Origin: Squalus acanthias
Lineage: Eukaryota
Length of the DNA: 64,000 nucleotides
Assembly: GCA_030390025.1 (NCBI GenBank)
Contig: CM059430.1
Span: forward strand, 72,726,001 to 72,790,000
Direction: 5' to 3'
In this document: positions 50,900-63,635 of the stretch, in pieces
Layout of the letters: each line of letters begins with the position of its first letter
Position numbering within the stretch: position 1 is the stretch's first letter
The notes under the pieces: generated by a model
Told to the model about the DNA's origin: nothing
Databases searched by the model: none
What the model saw: the letters and a program-made list of their open reading frames with translations, nothing else
Position numbers and translations under genes: made by a program

Positions 50900-52203
50900 C
50901 AAAATCAGCTTTTTCCAATCTTATTACCTTGGTCTTTGTCATGCTTATCTCCGAGCAGCCACCCGCGAGCTTTATGTGGTGGCTGGAATAGTGCTGGCAG
51001 ACTGGTCTGCCGCAGGATGAAGGCAATCATGGCTGCTGCCTGGACATTGGGCATTGGCATTAAGAATCCACTGTAACTGGTCGCACACCAACTGCACAAT
51101 AATTGAATAGTAGCCTTTGCAGTTAGTGAAGATATCATGATTATTATGCGGTGCCCGCAAATCCATGTAGGTGCAGTCGATGGTGCGCTGCACCATGGGG
51201 AAGCCTGCATTGCTGGCAAAGCCAAATGCACGTTCGTCCTGCTTCTTTCTGTGATTGGGAAGCCAATGTCGTTACTTCTCCTGCTGTAGAGAGCCTCAGT
51301 GACCTCCCAGATGCAGCAATGGACGGCAAAGTGTGAGATGTTAACTATGTCTCCTGTTGCAGACTTGAAGGAACCGCTGGCGAACAAATTGGGGGCCACA
51401 GTGACCTTGACTGCCATTGGCAGAGCCATGGTCGCCGTCATCTGAGGCTGGAGGTCTGGTTGCAGGAGGTGGCAGCGTTCTGGGACCATTTCCTTTGTGA
51501 AGCTTTCTAATACACTGCTCTTTGCTTATTTGCAGGTAGGAAACGTGCTCACGTATTACCCTTGGAGGGTAAGGCCTCCTGCTGAGAGCCTTGAAGGTTC
51601 TCCTCCATCCTTTGTGCACATGGTTCCAGATTGCTCTAGGCCTACGCTGCCTGCATCATAGATCCTGAATGATGCAAGTACAGCCAATTAACGTTATCAA
51701 GTGTAGCACTTCGAATCATTGAAGAATAAATGTAGCTAATTTTAAGTTGCAGGAAGACTCCTGATACAATAAAACATAGAAATTACTGAATGAAACTGTT
51801 GCAGTGGGTGAAACTAACCAAAAAACACTGAAACTACACTAACATGACGGCTCCGAGTGAATACTGATGATCGCTTTAAATAAGATCCCTGGAGCCGGCG
51901 TCCTGGTGCTGCACGCCAGCTCTCCCTGTCGGTGTTTACTCCAGGCAGTGAAGTAAGTGGCGAGAATTAATTTTGCAAATCTGGCGTTCAGTGAGCATTC
52001 CACAGTCACTGACGCCACAATCTACCTGGCGTGGACGTTCCCGGCAAAACCTCTTACTGCCGGTGCTACGGGGATGGGGGGTGGGGCCGCGGATTTGGCG
52101 TGCGGGGCTGGATTTGCTACACCCCGGCGATACTGGTCTTTTAACCCATTAGCGCCATCTACTGGCACTAACGCGAGGTGCTAAGGGGACAAATTCGAAC
52201 CCC
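50900..52203 (-). mobile_element. PIF/Harbinger transposase remnant (HARBI1-like DDE), frameshifted
   Basis: Motifs VKVTVA..FASGSF, IDCT, NCKGYYSIIVQLVCD, PGSSHD and GWLLGDK, spread over several frames. Confidence 0.88.
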
Positions 52204-53945
52204 CTCTTTTAAAATAACGTTTACATTTCATAAATTTTCCACACAGTGCACAGTATTTGTTTAGAAGTGGGAATTATGAGTAGTAATTTGGAATCCTACA
52301 ACAAATACTAAAATTGTATTTATTTTAATAGTTGTAGCAATGAATTAATGTAGTAATTTAAATGATGGAAAGGCAATCTGTTTTCTGATTGGAGGACCAG
52401 GCCCACGTGATCCCAGGTACGCTGCCGCACAGGCTGCGTCCCTGAGATCCGTGGCCCTTGGACTGACAGCGTCAGTTTACCCAGAAGTGCTGCCATCAGG
52501 TCGGTGCATTTTGTTTTCGCAGGTCATGCGGCATACTCCGGAGGTTCGCTGCCAGCAGCAATATTTGGCCCACCGTATGCGCTGCTGCACGAGGAGTTTT
52601 GCCGATATTTTAAATAGCGGTTCTACTCAGTTTTATTTTAGCCAATTTTTATGCTCCTGTTCTATAACTCTAATTATTCCCTCGCCACTTATGTCATCCT
52701 TTAGATTAGTCTGCCCTATGTTCTCCTTTCCTGTTTCCTTTATAGATAGGCTTGTTTCATTTCTTATAGATACCTCCTAACTAGTCTTACTAGTTTAAAG
52801 CCTTTGCCACCTTCCTCGTGACCTTTTCCACGAGGACACTGGTCCCATTCCGGTTCAGGGGGAGCCCGTTCTATCGGTACAGCTGCATCCTGTCCAAGTA
52901 CTGGTAACAGTGTCCTAAGAAAAGGAACCCTTCTTTCCCACTCCAGCCTTTTAGCCCCGTGAATCTCTCTGTCTCTATGGCAAATTGCACGTGGTTTGGG
53001 CAATAATACTGAGATTATGACTCTCTAAATCCTACTAATTAATTTAGATCCTACCGCCTGGAACTCCCACAGCAGCACTTACTCCCTGTTTCTACTTATG
53101 TTGTTTGTTCCAACATGGACCAAGCAACTGGATTATCCCTTTACAAATTGCTCTCCAGCCGCCTCAAAATATCCCTTACCCAGTAGGCAACAAACCCTTT
53201 GGGACTCTCGTTCATGGCTGCAGATGACACTATCTATCCCCCGAATTAAAGAATCTTATAAACGATTAGCATAACTTCAGAAACATGAAAAAATTAAACG
53301 TTTTTGATAATAAAGGAACGAATAATTCCTGATAAAATATTAGGAATTGGAAGTTGGAATCGTTTAATCTAACAGATATGTATGCGCTTTGCCGGGAAAG
53401 AGCGAGATGATCGCTTCGCAGTGATTGCAAACCAGGAAAAATACATTTCCGCAATTAGGAACTTAATAATAGTTGGGCAATAGAAAATGTTGCTGGGAAA
53501 TTGTTATTGAGATAAAGTGAGGTAATTGACACTGACAGCAAAATTGGAATAATACAGTCTGCATGAACAAGAAATGACGGAAAAGTTTTTGCAAATTTGC
53601 TAACAATACGGGCTTTGGCAATAGAAAACGCTGTTATATTTGGGTGATTCAGGGTTGATTTGATACTTCACCGTTGACTCGAAATTAGACAAAACGTAAT
53701 GTTGGCGTCCTGTCAAACAGTTTCGGCTTAGCATCGATATTAAACCTGCGATTTGTACACTTGGGTTGAAGGCCCCAACTGGCTGCGACGACAAGCAGGG
53801 TAGCTCTCTCATTATCACCATCTATTATCAGGTTTGGTCCTGACTCCGGATTGTGGATGCATTTAAACTATTTGGCTGTTTCCCCGTGTGTCCTGAGTCC
53901 CGGCATTATAGCGAAGCACCCAGATGGAGAACAGCAGCCAGATAG

Positions 53946-54289
53946 AATCTAGGATCTAGGAGCAGGAGTAGGCCATTAGGCCCGTCGAGCCTGCTCCGCC
54001 ATTCAATACGATCATGGCTGATCATCCAAATCCAATACCCTGTCCCTGCTTTAATCCCCACAGTACACATATCCCACTCTACCCCCATAACCCCACGTAT
54101 TTAATTCCCCCTAACATATCCCATCCTATCCCCATAACCCCACATATTTAATCCCCCCTAACACTAAGGGTCAATTTATCATAGCCAAATCAACCTAACC
54201 CACACATTTTTGGACTGTGGGAGGAAACCGGAGCACCCGGAGGAAACCCACGCAGACACGGGGAGAATGTGCAAACTCCACACAGACAG
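53946..54289 (-). mobile_element. HE1-like V-SINE lacking the tRNA head
   Basis: V-domain core tgtgtggagtttgcacattctccccgtgtctgcgtgggtttcctccgggtgctccggtttcctcccaca followed by a CR1-type tail. Confidence 0.88.
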
Positions 54290-57271
54290 ATGCCCTCAGG
54301 TTGTAAGAGACTCAGGCATAACTATATCAGCTCACATACCCGACAAATTAAGAGGGTCGAGACAAAAGACCCAGTCCCAGCTTCTTCGGGATATCCTTGT
54401 AACTGGGCGTCCAATTGACAAAACCACAAAATCATGAGGTGAGGGCAGGTATATCAACTTCTACCACGTTGAAACCCTTCTATTACAGGTAGAAATCATG
54501 CTTTATACATTGTGTAAGTCCCAGAAAACCCAGACTCCATGGAGGAGGCAGTTCCATGGCTGTATGCCTTTTTCGTGACTTTGTAATGGCTAGATATACG
54601 TTCCCAGGGTGCTTACCGAGGAAATTAGGCGCAACACTGAATTTTGTTCTCCAGTACGATCGTTTTGGCTTTGTTCTTGGGATACAGTTGATGTTGGCAA
54701 GGTAAATGTTTATTCGTAATTATCCTGAGAATGTGTCAGTGGGCCTTGCCTTCAAGTCCTTTCGCCCCTCTGGGCGAAGTAGAAATTGGATATAGCCAAG
54801 AAATGGGCAGTGTTAAGATTAAATGAGGTTATGCTGCCCCATCTGAAAATTGTCTCGGTGGCACACAATATTCCTGATTGTAGTCATAATTTCAGCAATA
54901 AAACAGATGCTCAGAGCTCATTGACTTTACACTCAACAGGTCGACCAATATCGGGGCCAGTCTACTTCAGAATCATGAGTGCCACAGGCATTTTCCACGA
55001 CTGAAAGGGGAGGTTCCATCATGCTGCAGCACCTCATTGTCAGGGTGGTTGGTGTTCAGCTGTCCCAACAGCAAAGTAAAGGAGCCTCACGACAATAATT
55101 TCCAACTTAAAAGTGATCATGACAGAACCTAGGCAGAGGGAGGGAGCCCGCAAGTCCTCTGATGAAGCTCTGCAGCCAATGGTAATTGCACTGGAGCGGA
55201 GGCAGGCAGTCGTACACCGTAGACTGGCAGAAGGCCCTCAGAACACCCATCCATGTGGCGTGAGGTGGCGGACCACATCACAGCCAGCACTGAGGTTCCC
55301 ATGACTCAAACCCAGTGCAGGAAGAAGTTTAACGACCTCGCACGGGTGGTCACGGTGGGTGAAGGCTTCACTAAATGCCATATGTCACCATCGGTACCAC
55401 AAGCTTCACACAGTGCTCAATGCACCAGACACCCAGCACTCACAAACCAATCTCTACATATTAGCACTCACACCCACATCTCACACTTTACACTCAATGG
55501 CAACTATTCAACTATGGCAGACACATCATTCAAACACATTGCACTAAATTCACTTACGCTTCTCTATTTCTCTTGCAGGCAAAAGTCGCACAAAATCGGA
55601 GGGAGCAGGAGCAACAGGCTGAGCTCAAGCTGTCCCGCAACAGCTCAGCCAGCTCGAGGAGAGAGTAATCGAAATCTTTCGGAGGCACGAGGTAGAGGCC
55701 ATTGACACCGGCGAGGTTTAACCCCTTGTGGACAACAACGGTATCTTCATTCCTAATCCATCTTCTCACATCCTACTTTAGCTTCAGCCCACAATCTTTT
55801 CTCAATTTCAAGCTACTCATGCTGAATGCATGCATGTCTAGCTTCGCACCCTCCCTCCTCACCATAACCCGACTCTTGTGCCTATCTACTTTCAGATAGT
55901 CACCAAGCACTGGAGCTGCCTGTCCCCGAGGGCACCGCTGAGTGTGAGGGGAGAGAAGAAGAGGAGAATGACGACACCGCATCACTCACTCGCAGACACC
56001 AGCTCAGAAACTGGCATTGCGCGTACTTTAGAGACTAGTGTAGAAGCAGGATCTGCACAGGGTGATACACCGAGCACGAGAGGGCTGCAGCAAGGCCAGG
56101 GGGAAAGAATAGCTTGGGGGCAAGCTCCCCGCAGGGCGAGTGCATGCAGGTATTCTGCTCCACAGAAGTCAGTTGAGGACCTCGAATGGGAGGCCTTCAG
56201 AAGAAGGGAGATGGGCATGCACGCATAAATGATGGATGCAATGGCAAGGCTGCCAGAGATTCTCTCGGCAATGTGAAGGAACGTGGAGGGGTCTGTCTCC
56301 AACCTTGCCAGGGGCTCTGCACAGATAATGGAGCCGATGATTCCAGCTTGGAAATGATTTAACGTTCCCAGAGAGACCGTGGCAACACAGACGTGATGGC
56401 GCACATGATTGGTGATGTCACAGCTTCCATTGAAGCACAGCCGGAAGCGACCCAATGTCGTAGTGCTGCAACGGAAACTCAGACTGCTCTCATGCAGTCT
56501 CTGTTTGGTGCCACCCAAGCTCTGACTGCTGCCATCGTGGCTGGGTTTACCATCGTCGACCGGAGCATGCAGTGTGTCACAGCATTCCAGCAATCTGTGC
56601 TCCAACACATTGCTTGGTGAGCTGAGGCGGCGCCCCGGGGTTGTGACAGTGGGTCAGTGGAACAGATCCATGCTGTCCTATCTCATGATGAAAGCATTCC
56701 TGTTCCCAGCACTGCCATTCTGCCATTGCTAATGCCGCTGCCTGTTAGCCAGCCAGCCCTGACTTCTGCCCCCATGCCGAGGTGGTGCCGTCTACAGCCG
56801 GGCCTTCCTGGCCCTGAGCTGCTCGAGGTCGTCCTGCAAGGCAATCTGAATTCTCGTAGGAGCTTCGTAGGAGCACTAGGTTAGGAAAACACACACGAAA
56901 GACACACACTAATGGATTAGACAAGGGTGATTAATTGATAATATTATTTTAAACATGTGTAACGTGAATATTGATACATTATTAATTTTGTTTGGAATCT
57001 TTTGTGGTGTCTCTCATTTCAGCTTTGTGCCCTGGAGAAGGATTTGTTATTTTGCGAGACAGGGGTGGTATGATGGGGATGTAGTGAGCCACGGGTCTCT
57101 GGGTTTCAATTATTAGAATCAGAGTGTGACGAGCCACTCGCGGATAGCCCATCCGGATGGACGATTGGGTGCCTGCCTCTTCCCTTCCTCCTCTTCCTCT
57201 TGCTCCCCTTTCTCTTCTTCTTCCTCCTCGTCCTAATCCTCGTCCTCCTCTACTTGGTCCTCCTCCTGAGT

Positions 57272-59430
57272 TAGTGGTGCAATCGGAAATAGTGGAAAAC
57301 CAAGGGTCCAGCGAGAATAAGGAACTGAAAGATATTAGTATTAGTAAAAAAGCAGTACTGGAGAAATTAATGGGACTGAAAGCCAATCAATCCCCTGGAC
57401 CTGATGACCTACATCCTAGGGTTTTGAAAGAGTTGGCTATAGAGATAGTGGATACATCGGATGTCATTTTCCGAAATTCCACAGATTCTAGAACTGTTCC
57501 CGGAGATTGGAAGGCAGCAAATGTAACCCTGCTATTTATGAAAAGAGGGAGAGAGAAAACGGGGAACTGCAGACCAGTTAGGCTGACATCAGTCGTAGGG
57601 AAAATGCTCGAATCTAATATTAAGGGCGTGGTAATAGGGCACTTAGAAAATAGTAATAGGATTGGGCAGATTGAACGCCGGATTTATGAAAGGGAAATCG
57701 TGTTTCACAAATCTGTTAGTGATTTTCGAAGTTGTAACTATCAGAATTGATAAGGATGAAACAGTAGATGTAGTGTATTTCGATTTTCAGAAGGCATTCG
57801 GTGACTTGCCACACGAGGTTATTAACAACAACTTGTATTTACAACAATAACTTGTATTTATATAGCGCCTTTAACGTATCAAAACGTCCCAAGGCGCTTC
57901 ACAGGAGCATTTTAAGACTAAGAAATTAACACCGATCCACATATGGATAAATTAGGGTAGGTGACCAAAAGGTTGGTGAACGAGTTAGGTTTTAAGGAGC
58001 GTCGTAAAGGAGGAAAGAGAGGTAGCGAGGCGGACAGGTTTCAGCAGGGTATTCCAGAGCTTAGGGCCTAGGCATCAGAAGGCACGGCCACCAAAGGTTG
58101 AGCAATTATAATCGGGGATGCTCAAGAGGGCAGAATTAGAGGAGCGCAGAGCTCTCTGGGGTTGTGGGGCTGAAGGTGATAACAGAGAGAGGAAGGGGCG
58201 AGGCCTTGGTTGGAATTGAAAACAATGATAAAAATTTTGAAATCGAGGCGCTACTTAACCGGGAGCCAATGTAGGTCAGCGAGCACAGGGGTGATGGGCG
58301 AACAGGATTAGTGCTAGTTAATTAGCATGGGATTGAGGGTAATATACTAGCATGGATTGAGGATTGGTTAACGGAAAGGAAATAGAGAGTAGGAATAAAC
58401 GGGTCATTTTCGGGTTGGCAGGCTGTAAATAGTTGGGTACCGCAAGGACCCGTACTTGGGCCTCAGCTATTCACAATCTACATCAATGAGTTGGATTAGA
58501 GGACCAAATGTAATGTATCCAAGTTTGCTGATGATACAAAGCTGGGTGGGAATGTAAGTTGTGAGGAGGATGCAAAGAGGCTTCAAGGGAATAGATATGC
58601 TAAGTGAGTGGGCAAGAACTTGACAAATGGAATAAAAAGTGGACAAATGTAAAGTTATCCACTTTGGAAGGAAAAATAGACAAGCAGTGTTTTTTAAATG
58701 GTGAGAGATTGGGAAATGTTGGTGTTCAGAGGGACCTGGGTGTCTTTGAACACGTATCATTGAAAGTTAACATGCTGGTACAGCAATCAATTAGGAAAGC
58801 AAATGGTATTTTGGACTTCATTACAAGATGCTTTGCGTATAAGAGTAAAGACGGCTTACTGCAATTATATAGGACCCTTGTGAGACCACACCTGGAGTAT
58901 TGTGTACAGTTTGGTCTCCTTAACTAAGGAAGGGTATACTTGCCGTAGAGGGATGGCAACGAAGGTTCACCAGACTGGTTCCTGGGATGGGGGGATTGTC
59001 CTATGAGTAGAGATTGAGTAGAAGAGGCCTATATTCTCTAGAGTTTAGAAGAATGAGAGGTGATCTCATTGAAACATACACAATTCTTACAGGGCTTGAC
59101 AGGGTAGATGCAGGGAGGATGTTTCCCCTGGCTGGGGAGCCTAGAACCAGGGTTCACAGACTCAGAATAAGGGGTCGGCCATTTAGGACTGAGATGAAGA
59201 GAAATTTCTTCACTCAGAGGGTGGTGAATCTTCGGAATTCGCTACCCCAGAGGGCTGTGGAGGCTCTACCATTCAGTATATTGAAGACAGAGAGCGATAC
59301 ATTTTTGAATATTAAGGGAATCAAGGGATATGGGTACAGTTCAGGAAAGTGGAGATGAGGTAGAATGAATGGCGGGGCAGCCTCGAAGGGCCAAATGGAC
59401 TACCCCTGATCCTATTTCTTATGTTTTTAT
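57272..59430 (+). mobile_element. 5'-truncated CR1 inserted into the Harbinger transposase
   Basis: Motifs SPGPDDLHPRVLKE, YFDFQKAF, LVRPHLEYCVQF and NFFTQRVVNLRNSLP, with tail tttcttatgtttttatg. Confidence 0.92.
57825..58315 (-). mobile_element. L2-clade LINE 3' fragment nested in CR1
   Basis: Interrupts the CR1 RT just after the FQKAF..PH motif. The minus-strand tail reads aaaggcgctatataaatacaagttattgttg. Confidence 0.8.
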
Positions 59431-60849
59431 GAAATCCCTGCTGCCAAGAGCTGCGCCAACACGATCACCAAGTTGTAAAGCAGGCAACGGCCCCCCACGG
59501 AATTGGACACCCGCTCAGCCGAGTACTGCAGGGATCCTTCCGAGTGGTCAAGGCTGCGGAACCATTGCTTCAGAACCCCAATGGTCTGCTCGATAATGTA
59601 CCTCGTGGATACATGGCTCTCATTATTTGAGGGTTGGGCAAGTGTGTTGGGGTTGCGGAGCAGATTCATGAGCCAGGTGGCGAGCGGATAGCCCCTGTCA
59701 CCGAGCAGCCTGCCGCGAGCTTGCTGTGGTCGCTGGAAGGTTGGTGGCAGACCGGACTGGTGAAGGATGAAGGCATCGTGGCTGCTGCCAAGATTGCTGG
59801 CATTGACATTGAGGATTCACCGTGCATGGTCGCACATCAGCTGCTCATTTAGTGAGTAGTAGCCTTTGCTGTTATGGAAGGTCACAGGGTTGTTATACAT
59901 TGCCTGCAAAGCCACATGAGTGCAGTCGACGGTGCCGTGCAACCATGGGGGAAGCCCGCTGTCCTGGCAAAGCCACATGCGCGCTTATCCTGCTTCTCGC
60001 TGCTGATAGAGACGCCAACGTCATCCGTTCACCTGTTGAAGAGAGTCTCAGCGACCTTCCGGATGCAGCGATGCATGGCGACTGTGAGATGTTAGCTATG
60101 TTTCCTCCTGCAGACTGGCAGGATCCACTGGAGAAGAAATAGAGGGCCACGGTGACATTGACTGCTACTGAGTGAGCCGTGTTCGATCTGCTCTCAGGCT
60201 GAAGGTCTGTTTGCAGGAGGTGACAGATTTCTGTAATCACTTCGTTGGTGATGCATAGCCTCCTAAGAACATGCTCCTCGCTTACTTGGACGGAGGAAGA
60301 GTGCTGACGGACGTCCGTAGGTAGGTAACGCCTCCCGTTGACAGCCCTCCTCCTCCTCCCTCTACACGCATGCTCTTGTCTTCCTCGCTGACTCCTCTCC
60401 CTCTGCTCTAGTTCCTGGAAGGCGAGGTCGACTGCCAGTACAGCCCCGTGAATGTGAGCAGAAGCCTTTGCAAAATAATGAGGGTGTTCTTCACTTGAAA
60501 CAATACTCCCTATGCCAAAATAACCTTGGAATAAGTGAAGAAAGCTTTTGGAATTGCTGGAAGCTGAACACAGCCACTGAAACTGCGAAATCCTGTCAGG
60601 TGCAGCTGATTGCTGATGATCCCTTTAAATATCGTTGCTGGAGTTTCCTTCCTGCTCTCCTTGTCTTTTAGACATTCCGGTAATTTCAATGGCGAGAACG
60701 AATACTGCAGATCGGCCATCAGCTGGCAGAAGAGCGGACGCAGGCACCTTTTCGACATTTCGCCACGTTAACAGGTGGCGCAAACCACCCGAATTTCTAG
60801 GCCGATTCTCCCACGATCATGTTAATTAGGTAATTGCATATTTTGGGTG

Positions 60850-62180
60850 CTGTGATGTTTAGGGTGGTGGATTGGCTGCCGAACAAGAGGACCAGTTTGT
60901 CATTGACACTATAGAGTCTCTTGAGCGTTATTGCAGCTGTCCAGGCAAGTGGAGAGCATGAGCAAACTCTTCTGCCTTACGCCTTGGAGGTGGAGGAGAG
61001 GCTATGGGGAGTCAGGAGGTGAGCTGCTCGTCACAGAATACCCAGCATCTGACCTGTTCTGGTAGCCACGGCGTTTATGTGGCTTGTCCCGTTGAGTTTC
61101 TGGTCATTGGTAACCCGTAATATATTGATGGTGGAGGATTTGTTGTTGAAAAGCGATTTCAATGTCAAGCGGGGATTGTTATTACCTCTCTTATTGCAGA
61201 TGGTCGTTGCCTGGCACTTGAGTGGCGCGAATATAACGTGCCACTTATAAGGCCCAGTCTGGATGTTGTCCATGTCTTGCTGCATATGGCAATGGACTGC
61301 TTCGTTATCTGAGGAATTGTGAATTGAACTTAACACTACAATCATCAGCTAACAGTTTCTCTTCTGACCGAAGGTCATTCGTTAAGCAACTGAAGATAGT
61401 TGGCGCTAGTGGACACGGCCCTGTGGCACTGATAAGAACATAAGTACATAAGAAATAGGAGCAGGAGTAGGCCATACGGTCCGTCGATCCTGCTCCGCCA
61501 TTCAATAAGATCATGGCTGATCATTCACCTCAACTCCACTTTCCCGCCCGATCTTCCCCATGATTCCAAAAATCTATCTATCTCAGCCTCCTGCAGCGAA
61601 ATGCTGAGCCTCAGATAATTGGCAGCCAGCAACCAAATCCATCTTTCTGATTGATAGTTAACCAGCCATTGGAGTGTTTTTCCCCTGACGACATTTTCTT
61701 CAGTTGGTGTCACACTCGTTCGAATACAGGCTTGATATCCAGGACAGTCACTCTCAGCTCATCTTCGGAATTCAGCTCTTTTGTCCATGATTGATCTCAG
61801 GCTGTAATGAGGTCAGAGCTGACTGCTCCTGACGAAAGATAAATTAAGGAATGATGAGCAGGTTATTGATGAGTACGTGGCTTTTGTTAGCACTATTTTC
61901 GAGTCCTTCAGTAATTTTCCTGATGATTGAGAACAGGCTCATATTATGGTAGTTTTCCAGTTGCATTTGTCTTGCTTTTTGTGAACACAAAATAATTGGG
62001 TAGGTGCCAGCTGTACTGGAACAGCTTGTCTCTTTGCAGGGCTAGTTCTAGAGCACTGTCTTCAGCTGCACAGAAGGGACATTTTTGTGACCAACAGATT
62101 TAGCTGTGTCTAGTGCACTCAACTTTTCTTGATATTCTGTGAGGTGAATAGAATTGGCTTCAGACTGGCATCTCTGGTGG
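60850..62180 (-). mobile_element. Old LINE RT fragment, containing a CR1 3' tail insert at about 61435-61590
   Basis: LADDC..., MQQDMDNIQ...WHVIFAPLKCQ. The nested tail is taagaacataag..ataggagcaggagtaggccat. Confidence 0.7.
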
Positions 62181-62199
62181 TTGGTAGCTGAGGAAGAAG

Positions 62200-62640
62200 C
62201 CGAGAATTACATTATAAATGGTAGGACACTTCGACGTGCAGAAGATCAGATGGGACCTTGGAGAGCATGTCCACAGATCCTTGACGGTAGCAGGACAGCT
62301 AGATAAGGTGGTTAAGAATGCATACGGGATACTTGCCTTCATAACCCGAGGCATAGAATATAAGAGCAGGGAGGTTATGCTTGAACTGTATAAAACACTA
62401 GTTAGGCCACAGCTAGAATACTAGGTGCAGTTCTGGTCACCGCTTTACAGGACTGATGTGATTATACTGGAGGGGGTTAAGAGGAGATTTACGAGGATGT
62501 TGCCTGGGCTGGGGAATTTTATCTATGAGGAAAGATTGGATAGGCTGGGGTTGTTTTATTTGGAACAGAGGAGGCTGAGGGGGACCGAATTGAGGTTTAA
62601 AAAGTTGTGAGGGGCCTAGATAGACTGCATAGGAAGGACC
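62200..62640 (+). mobile_element. CR1 ORF2 C-terminal fragment
   Basis: AYGILAFITRGIEYKSREVMLELYKTLVRPQLEY. Confidence 0.88.
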
Positions 62641-62719
62641 AATGATGTCAATGGTGGGCTACTCTACAGGCATGAGATTTTGCATTGTATCAGGACCACA
62701 CCTGTGCTGCTTGTTGTGA

Positions 62720-63480
62720 GCCAGCTTCCCGTGGAAGAAGAGTGGAATTGGAGTAATATATATCCTGGGCAATGAGTTTCAACCCACACCGTGTATAACT
62801 CAGCTTACCAATGTGTGAACGATGAAAGGAAGAATTAGATAATTAGGGCAAGAAAGAGAAGTGGCTGCGAGGGGCAGCAGCAGTTTTTGCGGGCGTGAGG
62901 GTAAGCAAAATGGAGGTGCAGTAAGGACTTATGGGCAGCTATGGCAATTGGGGGTGAGATGGATTAAGAATACTGAGATGAAAGTAAACCCCTTCATGGT
63001 AGTGCAGAAAGTATGAGAGAAATGACGGCGAGCTTTACATTGGCACTTCTGATGAGATCATTAATGCCAGTAATTACCACGCCTGTTCGGCCGAATGTAT
63101 GCTGTAACTTCGGTGGAAAACTGAGGAAAGCCTGCGGAAATTCTAAAGCAAAGTGTCTTTCTGCACTGCAGCCTGGTCCGGGAGATAATGCTAATCACAT
63201 TAATGTATGATGCCTCTCTTGTCATGCCCATACCCCAGGCAGCTTTAGTGCAGGCTGTGGACCTTTGTAAGTGGACGTCTTTCGTATTGAGAATCTGTTC
63301 CACCAGCATTTACAGAGCTGTATGTGAACACCTCTGGACCTTGAATTGATTCTTCTTAGCATAAGACATCACCCTGAAGCGTCACCGCGTTGTTTCCATG
63401 TTTTGGTCAAAAGATGCACCTCCCCATTAAGCTGCTGCAGCACATAACAGCACTCAGCAGCACATGATTTCCCACTTTAT
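62720..63480 (-). mobile_element. Harbinger Myb/SANT-like gene remnant
   Basis: KAAW...ISRTRLQCRK resembles the Myb/SANT segments at 55253 and about 500. Confidence 0.5.
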
Positions 63481-63635
63481 AATCGGCGAATTGCCTACAG
63501 AAAGCGCGTGTCGTGCTGGCAGTTCAGCTCAACCTGCAAATGCGGGACAACAGAGAAGCTGGGAATGGTTTACCGGCTCCTCTTCTCGTTGGCTGTTGTC
63601 CTCACCCCGCTCACCTTCCCGCCAATGCCTCGAAG

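Larger units (their letters stand above)
47590..53260 (-). mobile_element. Old, long CR1 copy fragmented by deletions and four younger insertions
   Basis: CR1 tails at about 47600-47630 and about 47720. RT fragments (VNSEEDCNKLQDDI, PEDWQTA) run to 49660, more ORF2 lies at 50440-50900, and ORF1/ORF2-junction remnants lie at 52570-53260. Confidence 0.8.
54776..60803. mobile_element. Near-complete decayed PIF/Harbinger transposon: Myb/SANT-like gene (+, about 55113-56880, with introns) convergent with transposase (-, about 60450-59430 and 57270-57120)
   Basis: WREVADHITASTEVPMTQTQCRKKFNDL with GT-AG introns. Transposase motifs ITEICHLLQTDLQP, VNVTVALYFFSSGS and TRYIIEQTIGVLKQWFRSLD. Right TIR cccgaatttctaggcc. 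Confidence 0.85.

Noticed and set aside
57157-57750. 197-aa ORF with a proline-rich N-terminus
   Set aside because: It is a junction artefact: the antisense of the Harbinger acidic tail fused to CR1 ORF2.
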